Origin: an uncultured Bacillota bacterium
Lineage (GTDB): Bacteria; Bacillota_I; Bacilli_A; RF39; UBA660
Assembly (NCBI GenBank): GCA_946407495.1
Contig: CAMJOB010000004.1
Span: 1 to 58,975 of the forward strand
Direction of reading: 5' to 3'
Length of the DNA: 58,975 nucleotides
Positions within the stretch are counted from its first letter, which is position 1, and each line of letters begins with the position of its first letter. The notes beneath the pieces are model-generated. The model was not told where the DNA came from. It was given only the letters and a program-made list of their open reading frames with translations, and did no database searches. Shown here in pieces: positions 31,493 through 41,075 of this stretch. Made by a program: the position numbers and the translations under genes.

Positions 31493-32278
31493 TTACTTAG
31501 TTATAACGAGAGGTGTATTTTCACCAGTCATTACACTTGGAAGCTCACCATCCCACTTGTCAATCCACCTAGCCTTAAGAATAGCAGGTGTAAGTGCTTG
31601 TGTCTTAAGTGCATTAGCCTTTGCTTCTGCCTCTGCGATTACAATCTTCTTTTCAGCTTCAGCTTTAGCAACAGCTACCTCATTACGAACTCGCATACTA
31701 TCCTGAACTGCCTTATTCTTAGCATTAATAGCATCCTCATAAGATTGTGGATACTTAATACCAGGAGTTAGCTGATCGAGTACAAAATGTTCCTTAAGGA
31801 GTGCTGTTCTTACGTTAAGTTCAAATGATTTATCAACAGCTGCTCTATTAGAAACAATCTGGTCTGCAGTATATTTATTAAACTCAGCTCTTGCTGCATC
31901 CTTTATGTATACGTAGAGTGTCTTATTTATAATTTCAGATAGATCCTTTCTATACTTCTTAAATATCGTTGGAGACTTACCGTCCTCAATCTTAATAAGA
32001 ACACTTGGATCAACAGTAAACTTAGTTCCATCCTTTGAGTTAATCTCAAATGCAGGATAATCTACTGTTTGTACATAGGTTGGATACTCAAATACATCCT
32101 GTGTAATACTATTATACCACACAGCACCTGTACAAAGAGATACATCACCTACACCCTTTTCATCTCCATAGAGATTTACGAGAATACCCTCACAGCCAGC
32201 GTCAATACGCTCATAACCACAAGATGAAAGACTAAGAATTGCTACACACACTACGATAAATGATAAAATTTTCTTCAT
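31493..32278 (-). CDS. SPFH/band-7 (prohibitin-like) lipoprotein
   Basis: Lipobox LSSC, AEAE coiled coil, KWDGELP. Confidence 0.88.
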   Translation of the reverse strand: MKKILSFIVVCVAILSLSSCGYERIDAGCEGILVNLYGDEKGVGDVSLCTGAVWYNSITQDVFEYPTYVQTVDYPAFEINSKDGTKFTVDPSVLIKIEDGKSPTIFKKYRKDLSEIINKTLYVYIKDAARAEFNKYTADQIVSNRAAVDKSFELNVRTALLKEHFVLDQLTPGIKYPQSYEDAINAKNKAVQDSMRVRNEVAVAKAEAEKKIVIAEAEAKANALKTQALTPAILKARWIDKWDGELPSVMTGENTPLVITK

Positions 32279-32283
32279 GCTTT

Positions 32284-32487
32284 TTACTTTTTGTTTTTAG
32301 TTGATTTAAAAGGATTTGATGTGAAAAGTCTAGATTTTTCTGATAATACTGCATAACCTACAATTGCTCCTATTCCAAGAACATTTGCAGCAGTGTTAGG
32401 ATAATTAATTAGACTAAATGCGAAATTTAACCATAGTAGAGTACAGACTATCCATACTACTACTAAAACGAATGTTTTACTGCTCAT
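32284..32487 (-). CDS. Small membrane protein
   Basis: Two TM helices. Confidence 0.6.
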   Translation of the reverse strand: MSSKTFVLVVVWIVCTLLWLNFAFSLINYPNTAANVLGIGAIVGYAVLSEKSRLFTSNPFKSTKNKK

Positions 32488-32591
32488 TTCTTTTGACTTC
32501 CTGGTTTTGTATATCCAGTTTTGTTTTTAATTGACTCCCAGAATTTAATCCTGGCTTCAAGCTTTTTGATTCTGTTTTTGTACTTCATTTT

Positions 32592-32945
32592 TTAATCGTT
32601 TTCTGGTTTATCCAAAATGTTTTCTTCATCCCAACTTTCTAATATGAAAGAAAGTTCAAGTATTTCGTAATAAAGTTCTGCTTTAAATCCACCTGTTGAA
32701 ACACCAAATACATGAACTTGTTCATCTCCGTATATTCTATTATTAATATAACGATCTACTACATCATTAAGAAGTTTACGAGCACATTGTTTAAGTTCAA
32801 GAACATCAGGAACTTCACCTCGTGTAGTAGCCCATGTCCAATTAAGATGTTCCATTATATCATGAACCTTATTGAAATCAAAGCAATCCATGATATTATC
32901 AATTTTCTGTTGAAGTTTTAATTTAATTTTGTCTAATTCTTTCAT
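32592..32945 (-). CDS. Hypothetical phage protein
   Basis: FDFNKVH.IM..LNW.W..TGGF. Confidence 0.7.
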   Translation of the reverse strand: MKELDKIKLKLQQKIDNIMDCFDFNKVHDIMEHLNWTWATTRGEVPDVLELKQCARKLLNDVVDRYINNRIYGDEQVHVFGVSTGGFKAELYYEILELSFILESWDEENILDKPEND

Positions 32946-33355
32946 AACGATTGACTTGCTCTTACCGCTAATTTATCAACTATTTCGTTATATTTATCTC
33001 CGTTATGACCATGCACCCATTCAAATGTAATATCAGAACATAGTTGTGAAACTTTTTCATATATTTCGTCATACTTTTTCCACAAATCTTTATTCTTTTC
33101 TTTTTTCCATCCTTTAGATGCACATCCTATTACGTATTGCGAATCAGACACAATAGTAATTTTATCTACCTTTCCTTTAACAGATTTTAATGCAAGCAAT
33201 ACTGCTTTTATTTCCATTCTGTTATTAGTAGTATTTTTATATTTACGAGAATATTCTAATACTACATCATTATTTTGCAAACAAATGATACCTATTCCTC
33301 CTGCATTACGAGAAGAAGAATAAGCACCATCCGTGTAAAATTTTAATTCAATCAA
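32942..33355 (-). CDS. rnhA: Ribonuclease HI
   Basis: YTDGA, TNNRME, SDSQY, WVHGH.G..NE..DKLA. Confidence 0.95.
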   Translation of the reverse strand: MIELKFYTDGAYSSSRNAGGIGIICLQNNDVVLEYSRKYKNTTNNRMEIKAVLLALKSVKGKVDKITIVSDSQYVIGCASKGWKKEKNKDLWKKYDEIYEKVSQLCSDITFEWVHGHNGDKYNEIVDKLAVRASQSL

Positions 33356-34440
33356 AATGCGTCTTTTCCATATAGTGTATCATCATCATCTGGATTTGTA
33401 ATATAGAAATACTCCCAACAAGAAGAATCTTCTTCAGAATTATAATCTATTGTTGCTTTTAATGCAGAATCTTTCTTCTCAAGAATTACGTAAGTAGTAC
33501 TTCCAATATTAAATTCATCTCCTACTTCAAGATCATCATATTTCTTATCACATTCTATATGTGTATGATAATATTTATCAAATCTTTCAGACATATTATA
33601 AGAATTATATTTCTTAATAAAGTCATCTATATTTTGTATATTATCATAACCATTGTGATAATCTCTAAATATACTATAATCGTATATAATTGTATCGAAT
33701 TTCATATATTCTTGAACTTCCTTAATAGAAGATCCGAACATATTAATTTCTTCTATGATAGCTTTAAGAATATCAATAGTACAATCGTTGAGAGTTTGAA
33801 CAAAATTAATGATTTCTGGAATTTTAGTTTTATCTTTAAGATTATCTTCAAGATAAGACTTAATTAACTCAACAGGTAAATCCAGATATTCTTTACGATA
33901 ACGAATACGAGAAGGACGTGAAAATAAATTATCATTTATTTTCGTAGAATTAGTTGTAAGTATAAACAACTTACGATTAAAGTTAGAAAACATTCCATCC
34001 ATTAAAGTAAGGACAGAATCGTCTCCTTCTTTAAATACTTTCTCAAATTCATCAAAGAATAATACACATGGAAAATCAAAAGTTTTAATAAAATCAATAT
34101 AATTTTGTTCATCTGTATCAACTAATACAATTGGAAGATTAACTTCATTAGCAATTATTTTAGCTGTTACAGTTTTACCAGAACCTTTAGTTCCGCTAAG
34201 TAATATTCCAAGATTATCTGAATTGTTAAGCCAATAAGCTAAAACATGAGTTATAAAATCTTGATCTTTGTTGTAGATTTTATGATTAAATTCAAACTTT
34301 TCAGAAAGTTTTTCTAATTTAAAACCATCTCTTGTATTTAAAATTTTATATACACCAACAGGTAAATTACCTGAAAAAAGTTTAGAATTTGCTTCCACTT
34401 CTTGGAAAACATTTCCATAATTAAGCCATTTACTGTTCAT
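33352..34440 (-). CDS. AAA+ ATPase
   Basis: GTKGSGKT, FFDEFEK, TTN, RPSRI. Confidence 0.88.
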   Translation of the reverse strand: MNSKWLNYGNVFQEVEANSKLFSGNLPVGVYKILNTRDGFKLEKLSEKFEFNHKIYNKDQDFITHVLAYWLNNSDNLGILLSGTKGSGKTVTAKIIANEVNLPIVLVDTDEQNYIDFIKTFDFPCVLFFDEFEKVFKEGDDSVLTLMDGMFSNFNRKLFILTTNSTKINDNLFSRPSRIRYRKEYLDLPVELIKSYLEDNLKDKTKIPEIINFVQTLNDCTIDILKAIIEEINMFGSSIKEVQEYMKFDTIIYDYSIFRDYHNGYDNIQNIDDFIKKYNSYNMSERFDKYYHTHIECDKKYDDLEVGDEFNIGSTTYVILEKKDSALKATIDYNSEEDSSCWEYFYITNPDDDDTLYGKDAF

Positions 34441-34752
34441 TTAATAATATTTTATTAAAGTATTAGTATTTCCAAATACTCCGTTATAATCTATTTTTAT
34501 TAAACTTTGTATATTAAATTTTTTAATATAATATTCCAAAACCATTCTAAGTAAAACTACTTTAGCAGAGTCTGGAGCATTATTAAATTTAGAAAATAAA
34601 TCTAATGCTTTAGAAGGAGCTGTTTCATTAAGTGCTTCAGACATAAACTTATTAACTTCATTCAATGAAAGTTGAACTTGGTTTTGTGAAGCATTAATTT
34701 TATTTGCAAGATTAATAATTTTATTTCTATCCATGACAACAAAAAAGACCAA
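34441..34752 (-). CDS. Hypothetical protein
   Basis: ORF track. Confidence 0.6.
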   Translation of the reverse strand: MVFFVVMDRNKIINLANKINASQNQVQLSLNEVNKFMSEALNETAPSKALDLFSKFNNAPDSAKVVLLRMVLEYYIKKFNIQSLIKIDYNGVFGNTNTLIKYY

Positions 34753-34915
34753 GCAAAAGCCTGGTCAATATATTAATTTTAACTAACATCCAACAAAAAT
34801 ATTACTATGCTACTATGTAGAATGAGTATGCACAAGCAGCAATAGTAATAACACTAATAAATAAAACTTTAATTTTTTTCATAATAAACTCCTTTCTTTT
34901 TAAAAAATTTATTAG

Positions 34916-34987
34916 TTACTCCTAAATGATTCGAACATTTACTACCAGAGTCAAAGTCTAGTGTGCTAACCATTACACCAAGGAGCA
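34916..34987 (-). tRNA. tRNA-Gln(UUG)
   Basis: Cloverleaf; anticodon loop CUUUGAC. Confidence 0.9.
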
Positions 34988-35142
34988 ATGTGGTAGTTTT
35001 TAAAAACTACCTGTTTTACTGTGCATAACAAGCACCTTCTGGAATAACAATAAGTTGTGTAAACTTCTTTAAGTTTCTTCCATAAAATTTAATGCCTGCT
35101 TTCACAATTTTACATAAAGTTTTCATAACAAATCCTTTCTGT

Positions 35143-35310
35143 TTACTCTGCGATAGTGTCAATAACAAGTGTATCAACATCAAGAGTGTCTACAAGTGTA
35201 TCTGCTGTAATTGTATCATCAGAAAAGTCAACAGACTTAACAGAACCTGAACCGCAACTTGCAAGACACATTACACTCATTAAAGCAAATGCAAATACTA
35301 ATTTCTTCAT
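35143..35310 (-). CDS. 55-aa lipoprotein with five D-T-(I/L) motifs (not in ORF track)
   Basis: MKKLVFAFALMSVMCLASC-GSGSVKSVDFSDDTITADTLVDTLDVDTLVIDTIAE. Confidence 0.75.
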   Translation of the reverse strand: MKKLVFAFALMSVMCLASCGSGSVKSVDFSDDTITADTLVDTLDVDTLVIDTIAE

Positions 35311-35356
35311 AAACATTTTAATTTAAGTTACTATTAATTATCTATTAAATTATAAT

Positions 35357-35387
35357 CAAATATAATATTTAATTTGATTTTTTCAAA
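35357..35387 (-). promoter_or_regulatory. Bacteroidota sigma-A type promoter
   Basis: TTTG-N19-TATATTTG. Confidence 0.7.
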
Positions 35388-35449
35388 AAATTTAAGCTTG
35401 ATTTAAATCAATATTTTTTACTCGATTTTAACAAATTTTAACTTTAATG

Positions 35450-36055
35450 TTATAAATCTTCTCCGTTACTGTAATTATACAAATTCTCGTAATAGAGGAC
35501 TATTCTATATTGATTATCGCCTTCATCAGAAACGTAAAACCATATTAACTTCTTAGAAAGATGCTTTTTAAGTTCTATTTCACTTAATTTATTATAATTA
35601 ACATTTCCTCCTAATTGTAAAAAATTGGCAACGAATCTTTTATTTTCAATATTCATACTATAAGATAGATTAGTATTATTATCTATATAGTATGTAGCTT
35701 CGTTTTCTATCTTAATATAATTAGACTTACTTTGAAATTCTTGAGACAAAGTATTATATTTCGATTTAACACTGTATGAATCCATTAAAGGAAATACAAC
35801 AAATACTCGCCATACTTTTCCTTTATATTCATTCATATTAATAAGAACGTGTTCTCCATTAAATAATCCGAATAGACCTTCATCAAAAGGAATAAATCCT
35901 TTATCTTTCAATCTATCAGTCATAAGAGAAACAGATCCATCTATAGGAATACCCATAAACTGAGTAATATCCTTTTTCAAAGGCTCACCAAGTCCCTGTG
36001 AATACGAAGCACAGAATACTAAGCTGCATACTAAAATAAATAATAATCTTTTCAT
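35450..36055 (-). CDS. Secreted hypothetical protein
   Basis: Signal peptide; FMGIPIDG motif. Confidence 0.7.
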   Translation of the reverse strand: MKRLLFILVCSLVFCASYSQGLGEPLKKDITQFMGIPIDGSVSLMTDRLKDKGFIPFDEGLFGLFNGEHVLINMNEYKGKVWRVFVVFPLMDSYSVKSKYNTLSQEFQSKSNYIKIENEATYYIDNNTNLSYSMNIENKRFVANFLQLGGNVNYNKLSEIELKKHLSKKLIWFYVSDEGDNQYRIVLYYENLYNYSNGEDL

Positions 36056-36057
36056 AT

Positions 36058-36852
36058 CTATAGATTTTTAAATGTTGGCATTGGATTTCTCTTGAACTCA
36101 GAAGAAATGATCATTTTACGTATTTTATGTATACTTTCTTTGTCAGCATCATCAAAACTTCTAAATCCATTTCTTATATAAGAGTCAAGAAGTTTATAAG
36201 TAAACCCAAATTTCTCTTCATCTGGTGAACTATTAGGTAGTCCATCATCTGGAGTTTTATGAACCCACTCATGTGGTAATCCAAGATAATCACCAATTTG
36301 AAGAATTTCTGTAACAGTTAAATCACCCAATGGTGACATATCACCAGCTGCGTCACCATAAATGGTTTCATAACCAATCATATTTTCAGAAAGATTACAA
36401 GTGTTGATAACTCTGCCATTTAATGTTTGTGATATTAAATAGAGCATTATCATTCGACATCTTGGAGGAAGATTCTGAACTGATTGACCAGAAAATTCAT
36501 TTAAAGCAACACCATTTTCTACAATATCTGTAGAAAGTGTAGCAAGAGTTATATCTTTTATTGGTGCATTAATACATCTGATACCAAGGTATTCACAGAT
36601 TTTATCAGCATCATTTAAAGATTGTGCATAATCAGGCATCATTACACCGATTACTTTTTCTGGCCCAAGTGCTTTGGCAAGTAAGGCAGCACATATTGTG
36701 CTATCCTTACCGCCAGACATTCCGAGAACTGCATTACAACCTTTGCCGTTCTCTTCAAACCATAACTTAATCCATTCAATTAAGTTCTTGGTTGTTCTTT
36801 CTACATTAAATTTATACATAAAATATTGGAAGACGTCTGAATATTTCGTCAT
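36058..36852 (-). CDS. nadE: NH3-dependent NAD+ synthetase
   Basis: SGGKDS PP-loop, N..PR.RM, TCNLSE..GY.T.YGD, P..GL, DE...GFTY. Confidence 0.94.
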   Translation of the reverse strand: MTKYSDVFQYFMYKFNVERTTKNLIEWIKLWFEENGKGCNAVLGMSGGKDSTICAALLAKALGPEKVIGVMMPDYAQSLNDADKICEYLGIRCINAPIKDITLATLSTDIVENGVALNEFSGQSVQNLPPRCRMIMLYLISQTLNGRVINTCNLSENMIGYETIYGDAAGDMSPLGDLTVTEILQIGDYLGLPHEWVHKTPDDGLPNSSPDEEKFGFTYKLLDSYIRNGFRSFDDADKESIHKIRKMIISSEFKRNPMPTFKNL

Positions 36853-37414
36853 CAGGAGTCTTAAATACAGGATCCCAATAACGTTCGATTATTTTAAAAC
36901 CTTTAAATTCATGTGTTTCGATGATTTCCTTACCTATTTTATCATTTGTAAAATAATAAAGTCGGTTAGACTTAAGTTCTTTGAACTGATTTCGATATTC
37001 ATGCAACATAGCAAGAACATTGTCCCAATCGTTACTGTTTTTAGGACATATAGTTATACCATCAAAACCATCTATATCACATCCAGCTTGTAGATATTCA
37101 TATAGAGCTGTTCCAGATGTATAAACGTATATGTTTTTAATATTAGGATAATGTACTCTAATTGCAATAGCAATATCGTTTGCCACTTCTTTTATCAAGA
37201 AAGGTTCACCACCTGTAATACATAAAGTATTTACAGTTTTAAGTTCTTTAACCGTAGGAACAGGAATTTCATCAATGTTATAAAGCTTATTACAACACAT
37301 AGGACAACTATGATCACAAGCATTTGTAATCATTAGATGCATCACATTAATCTGTGAGTTCAAGGTCATATTTTGCATGTTCAATTTCTGTTTTATCACC
37401 TGTGTGTTTACCAT
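36812..37414 (-). CDS. Radical SAM protein
   Basis: CDHSCPMC (CxxxCxxC), ITGGEPF, YTSG. Confidence 0.85.
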   Translation of the reverse strand: MVNTQVIKQKLNMQNMTLNSQINVMHLMITNACDHSCPMCCNKLYNIDEIPVPTVKELKTVNTLCITGGEPFLIKEVANDIAIAIRVHYPNIKNIYVYTSGTALYEYLQAGCDIDGFDGITICPKNSNDWDNVLAMLHEYRNQFKELKSNRLYYFTNDKIGKEIIETHEFKGFKIIERYWDPVFKTPDDEIFRRLPIFYV

Positions 37415-38540
37415 AATCGTCAGAAAGCTTGACAGTTAAATGCTTACTATCTTCATCATTTAATGAAGCACAAGACATCTTCATTACAATATTTTCTGCG
37501 TTATAGTGTTCTCCTGTTGGAGAATAAACATCACAGGTTAAGTTTGTTCCGACACCATAAGTATCTTTAAGATTATGGTCTTTACAATACTTATGGATCT
37601 CAGGAATTTTGTTAAAGTCAAGAGCATTAGAGAACACTAATACCTTAGAAGAAGGATCAATATTCAGTTTAGAATAATGGTTTATAGCATTGTGAATAAA
37701 CTCAAATTCATCTCCTGAATCTTGTCTGATTCCATCGTATGCTCTTGCAAAATGGTCGTCGAAAGCCTTGAAGAAGTTTAATGATGTATAAGTATCAGTA
37801 AGACCTATTGCGAACTTACCATTATATACATTCAACCAATTCTCTAGTGCAAGTTTATTAGCGGACTTATATCCGAAAAGTGCACCGTGAAACATAAACC
37901 ACTCATGTGGATGTGTTCCAATTGGCTTCATTCCATACTTCTTAGCAAAATATACATTAGAAGTACCTGAACAAACATCTTTATAACTGCTTAAATACTG
38001 ACAAACCTTGTCTTGTATTTCTTGAGAAAAGCGACGACGAGTTCCAAATTCACTAAAAGTAAATTCGTTTTTCTTAGCAATACGTATCTTATTATCAAGA
38101 TCATTTATAAATTCAGTCCAAGCAATAGGCTTATCAACATTGTTTACTTCAGAAACAAGAAACATAGAAGGAATCTCATATAGACTTGCTTTATAACTAT
38201 AATCAAATGGACCTTCTATACAAAGTACTTTGTTCTCGTCAAGATAAATATTGACTTTATCATATTCGTAATAGAATCCGAACAACCATTCCCAATATAC
38301 CTTTGGTATTCCAGGAATAACATCTGGCTGCATAAGCCATCTCCACTCTTCTTCTGACAAGAATGTTTCCTCACAATACTTCTTATATGCTTTCTTGAAG
38401 TTTTCAAGAAATTCTTCAGTACGAGGAGTGTTATTTCTGTCTTTGAACACGAACTGACATTTTGCATCAGGGAATAACTTCATATAAGCATATGAAGTTG
38501 TAAACTTATAAAGATCTGTATCAAGAAGTGAATACACCAT
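37347..38540 (-). CDS. pncB: Nicotinate phosphoribosyltransferase
   Basis: SLLDTDLYKFT, EFGTRRR, GTSNV, GTHPHEW, LTDTY, RQDSGD, GVGTNL, KLSD..GK. Confidence 0.95.
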   Translation of the reverse strand: MVYSLLDTDLYKFTTSYAYMKLFPDAKCQFVFKDRNNTPRTEEFLENFKKAYKKYCEETFLSEEEWRWLMQPDVIPGIPKVYWEWLFGFYYEYDKVNIYLDENKVLCIEGPFDYSYKASLYEIPSMFLVSEVNNVDKPIAWTEFINDLDNKIRIAKKNEFTFSEFGTRRRFSQEIQDKVCQYLSSYKDVCSGTSNVYFAKKYGMKPIGTHPHEWFMFHGALFGYKSANKLALENWLNVYNGKFAIGLTDTYTSLNFFKAFDDHFARAYDGIRQDSGDEFEFIHNAINHYSKLNIDPSSKVLVFSNALDFNKIPEIHKYCKDHNLKDTYGVGTNLTCDVYSPTGEHYNAENIVMKMSCASLNDEDSKHLTVKLSDDYGKHTGDKTEIEHAKYDLELTD

Positions 38541-39051
38541 AGTTGTATAAATTTTTGTTTTTAATATAATTAATTACTTCTTTTGTTAAAAAAGGTTGAG
38601 TTTCTTTATTATCATTGAGTAAAGCTTTTATTTCAGTAGATGAAATATTAATCTTTTCTCTGTTTATTCCAACAAGACCACAAACACTTAGTATAAAATC
38701 TGATTGTTTCCAACGATGTATGTTTTCAACAATATCATATCCTCCAATAATAGAAAATCTATAATTTGAAGTTGTAGTTTTAACTAAATGTTTAATTAAT
38801 TCATAACTATAATCTGGCTTAATTGTAGATTCAACACTATCAACAATAATTTTTGGATTGTTAATAGTATCAAATAACAATTTAGTCATATTATACCTAT
38901 GTTCAAATGGTAAACTTTTACCTTTTTTAAACGGATTTTGCCATGCTGGAATCACCCAAACTTCATCAACGTAATCAAGTGCTTCTACTGCAATATAAGC
39001 ATGACCAATATGCGGTGGATCAAATGATCCAAGTAATAGACCTATATTCAT
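38521..39051 (-). CDS. nadD: Nicotinate-nucleotide adenylyltransferase
   Basis: GSFDPPHIGH, NPFK, IIG.D..W, ISSTEIK. Confidence 0.93.
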   Translation of the reverse strand: MNIGLLLGSFDPPHIGHAYIAVEALDYVDEVWVIPAWQNPFKKGKSLPFEHRYNMTKLLFDTINNPKIIVDSVESTIKPDYSYELIKHLVKTTTSNYRFSIIGGYDIVENIHRWKQSDFILSVCGLVGINREKINISSTEIKALLNDNKETQPFLTKEVINYIKNKNLYNYGVFTS

Positions 39052-39251
39052 GATTTAATTTCCCAATCGTTTGATGTTATGTCTAATCCACTAAGACTAT
39101 AAAAGGAATCATATATTTCTTCATTTTCAATTAAATAAAGATATTTTGCTCCTGTATTAGAAAGAATCATATAAAAACTTGGATTATCCCAACTTCTTTT
39201 ATATACTTTCTTTCCATTTTTTAAATGAGGTAATATTTCTTCAAATGTCAT
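39048..39251 (-). CDS. Tad2/DUF2829-like anti-defence sponge
   Basis: MTFEE....LKNGKKV..RSW...D..SNDWEI. Confidence 0.7.
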   Translation of the reverse strand: MTFEEILPHLKNGKKVYKRSWDNPSFYMILSNTGAKYLYLIENEEIYDSFYSLSGLDITSNDWEIKS

Positions 39252-39745
39252 AATATTTCTTCAAGTATAATAGATTCAGATGCATAACTATTCTGTTCAC
39301 GAGAATAACTAAAACCAGAAGATCCTTCATAATACCAAGTATATTCTGGAATTGTGCATTTTACAATAATATATTCTCTACCATCACTGTAATATTTAAG
39401 TTCTTTTCTTAAATTTTCAGCAGAATATATATCTTTAAAAGTATGAAAGCCTTTTGTAACAACATCGTAATCTTTTATACGATAATAATTTATAGCTGCT
39501 TTTATATTATTAAAGAAAGAATTTGAACTAAAACTTGTTATTATAATTCTTTCCAACATATAGCGATTTATTTTTTCATCAAGAGTTGAGGAAAGACTAG
39601 TACCAAAATCAAATGAAGTATTATATCTATGATTTAACATATATTGAAACCATTGATACGGAGATGTTAAAGTTGATTCCAATACTTTATAACAAGTAAT
39701 TCTTTTATTACCTGTATATTTAAGTTTATCTTTAATTAAGCACAT
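39248..39745 (-). CDS. Hypothetical protein, paralog of 39736-40170
   Basis: MCLI..CYK..GFHT..C.IP..YYEG. Confidence 0.7.
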   Translation of the reverse strand: MCLIKDKLKYTGNKRITCYKVLESTLTSPYQWFQYMLNHRYNTSFDFGTSLSSTLDEKINRYMLERIIITSFSSNSFFNNIKAAINYYRIKDYDVVTKGFHTFKDIYSAENLRKELKYYSDGREYIIVKCTIPEYTWYYEGSSGFSYSREQNSYASESIILEEIL

Positions 39746-40170
39746 ATTATTTTATTTATTTTAATACTATTACTTACATATCCTTTATAACACAAATATG
39801 TTCCTTTGTAATATTTAGCACCTTTTGGAATTATACATTCACAAACTACTAATCTTTTGTCTATATTTCTTTCTTTTATTGCATTTTTTAGTTTTACATA
39901 AGAATGAAATCCTTGATTAACACCTTTAACATCAAGAAAACTGTTAAAAAGATCATAAAACATACGTTTAAAAAATGATAATACGTAAGTATTACAATCG
40001 TAAGAAACAGATATATTTGTATGATATGTTTCTCCTAACCTATAGCCAAAATCTTGATATTGAGCAACAAGTAAATCTGGAACTGCAAAAGATTTAAATA
40101 AAATCTTATAGCATTTTATATCTTCTTGTGCAATTTCAAGTTTATTAAATTTTGTAATTATTAAACACAT
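39736..40170 (-). CDS. Hypothetical protein, paralog of 39248-39745
   Basis: MCLI..CYK..GFHS..C.IPKG..YYKG. Confidence 0.7.
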   Translation of the reverse strand: MCLIITKFNKLEIAQEDIKCYKILFKSFAVPDLLVAQYQDFGYRLGETYHTNISVSYDCNTYVLSFFKRMFYDLFNSFLDVKGVNQGFHSYVKLKNAIKERNIDKRLVVCECIIPKGAKYYKGTYLCYKGYVSNSIKINKIICA

Positions 40171-40207
40171 ATTTTTAAGTTTTTAATTGTGGAGGTAGAG
40201 GGAGTCG

Positions 40208-41075
40208 CAAAAAATTAACATTTATTAACAATAAAAATTATAAGTATCCACATAAATTTCTTATATTTACATATATTAAATAAAATAAAAAATTATGGAA
40301 ATTTTAAAAGATTATTGTAAAAATCGAAAATTAATCACATTAATTTGTGATTGTTGTGGTAAAGAATTTCAAAAACCACTTTCCGAATATAACAGAAATG
40401 TTAAATTAGGAAGAAAAAATTATTGTTCTAGAATTTGTTCTGGAAAATCTAATAAAAATTTATCATTATCAAATGAAAAATATGATATTTCACAACATTC
40501 TGGAAATAGAAGAGATGAATTTAGTCCTTTTAGATATACAATGAGATGTATAAAACGTAGATCTAAAGAAATAAATATTGATTTAGAATATTTAAAATTA
40601 ATATGGGAACAACAAAATGGAATATGTCCTTATACTAATCTTAAATTAACATTACCAGAAGATAATAATATAAATAATTTAAATATAATTTATCGAGCAT
40701 CTTTAGATAGAATTGATTCATCTAAAGGATATATAAAAGGTAATGTTCAATTTGTATCAACTCCTATTAATTTAATGAAACAACAAATGTCTGATTTAGA
40801 AACTAAAAAATTTCTAAAACAAATTTCTTCCTATACTTCTACTTTCATAGAAGATTAGACTATATCATCATCTCTTAATGAGATGTCGGACGCTCAAGTT
40901 GGTAATTAAGAACACTATAGTTCTCCAATAGTCGTTGCACTTTTATAGAGTGTACTCTATACTTAGCTCAGGATTGGCATGAAATAAAGCTTATCTTGAG
41001 CTTTATTTTTTAGCGTTCCCTGAATTCATCCGATGTTTTTAACTATAAATCACTTTATAGCTGGTCCAACTATTA
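40208..41075 (-). mobile_element. Group I intron in the tmRNA T-loop
   Basis: P1 GGUU/GACC with U.G; terminal G at 40208; R GCAACGACUA; S GAUAUAGUCU. Confidence 0.9.
40295..40858 (+). CDS. Putative His-Me finger homing endonuclease, antisense within the tmRNA intron
   Basis: N-terminal CDCCGKEF..YCS..C zinc finger; QNGICPYT..SLDRIDSSKGY..GNVQ..N.MK; the only convincing plus-strand gene. Confidence 0.85.
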   Translation: MEILKDYCKNRKLITLICDCCGKEFQKPLSEYNRNVKLGRKNYCSRICSGKSNKNLSLSNEKYDISQHSGNRRDEFSPFRYTMRCIKRRSKEINIDLEYLKLIWEQQNGICPYTNLKLTLPEDNNINNLNIIYRASLDRIDSSKGYIKGNVQFVSTPINLMKQQMSDLETKKFLKQISSYTSTFIED

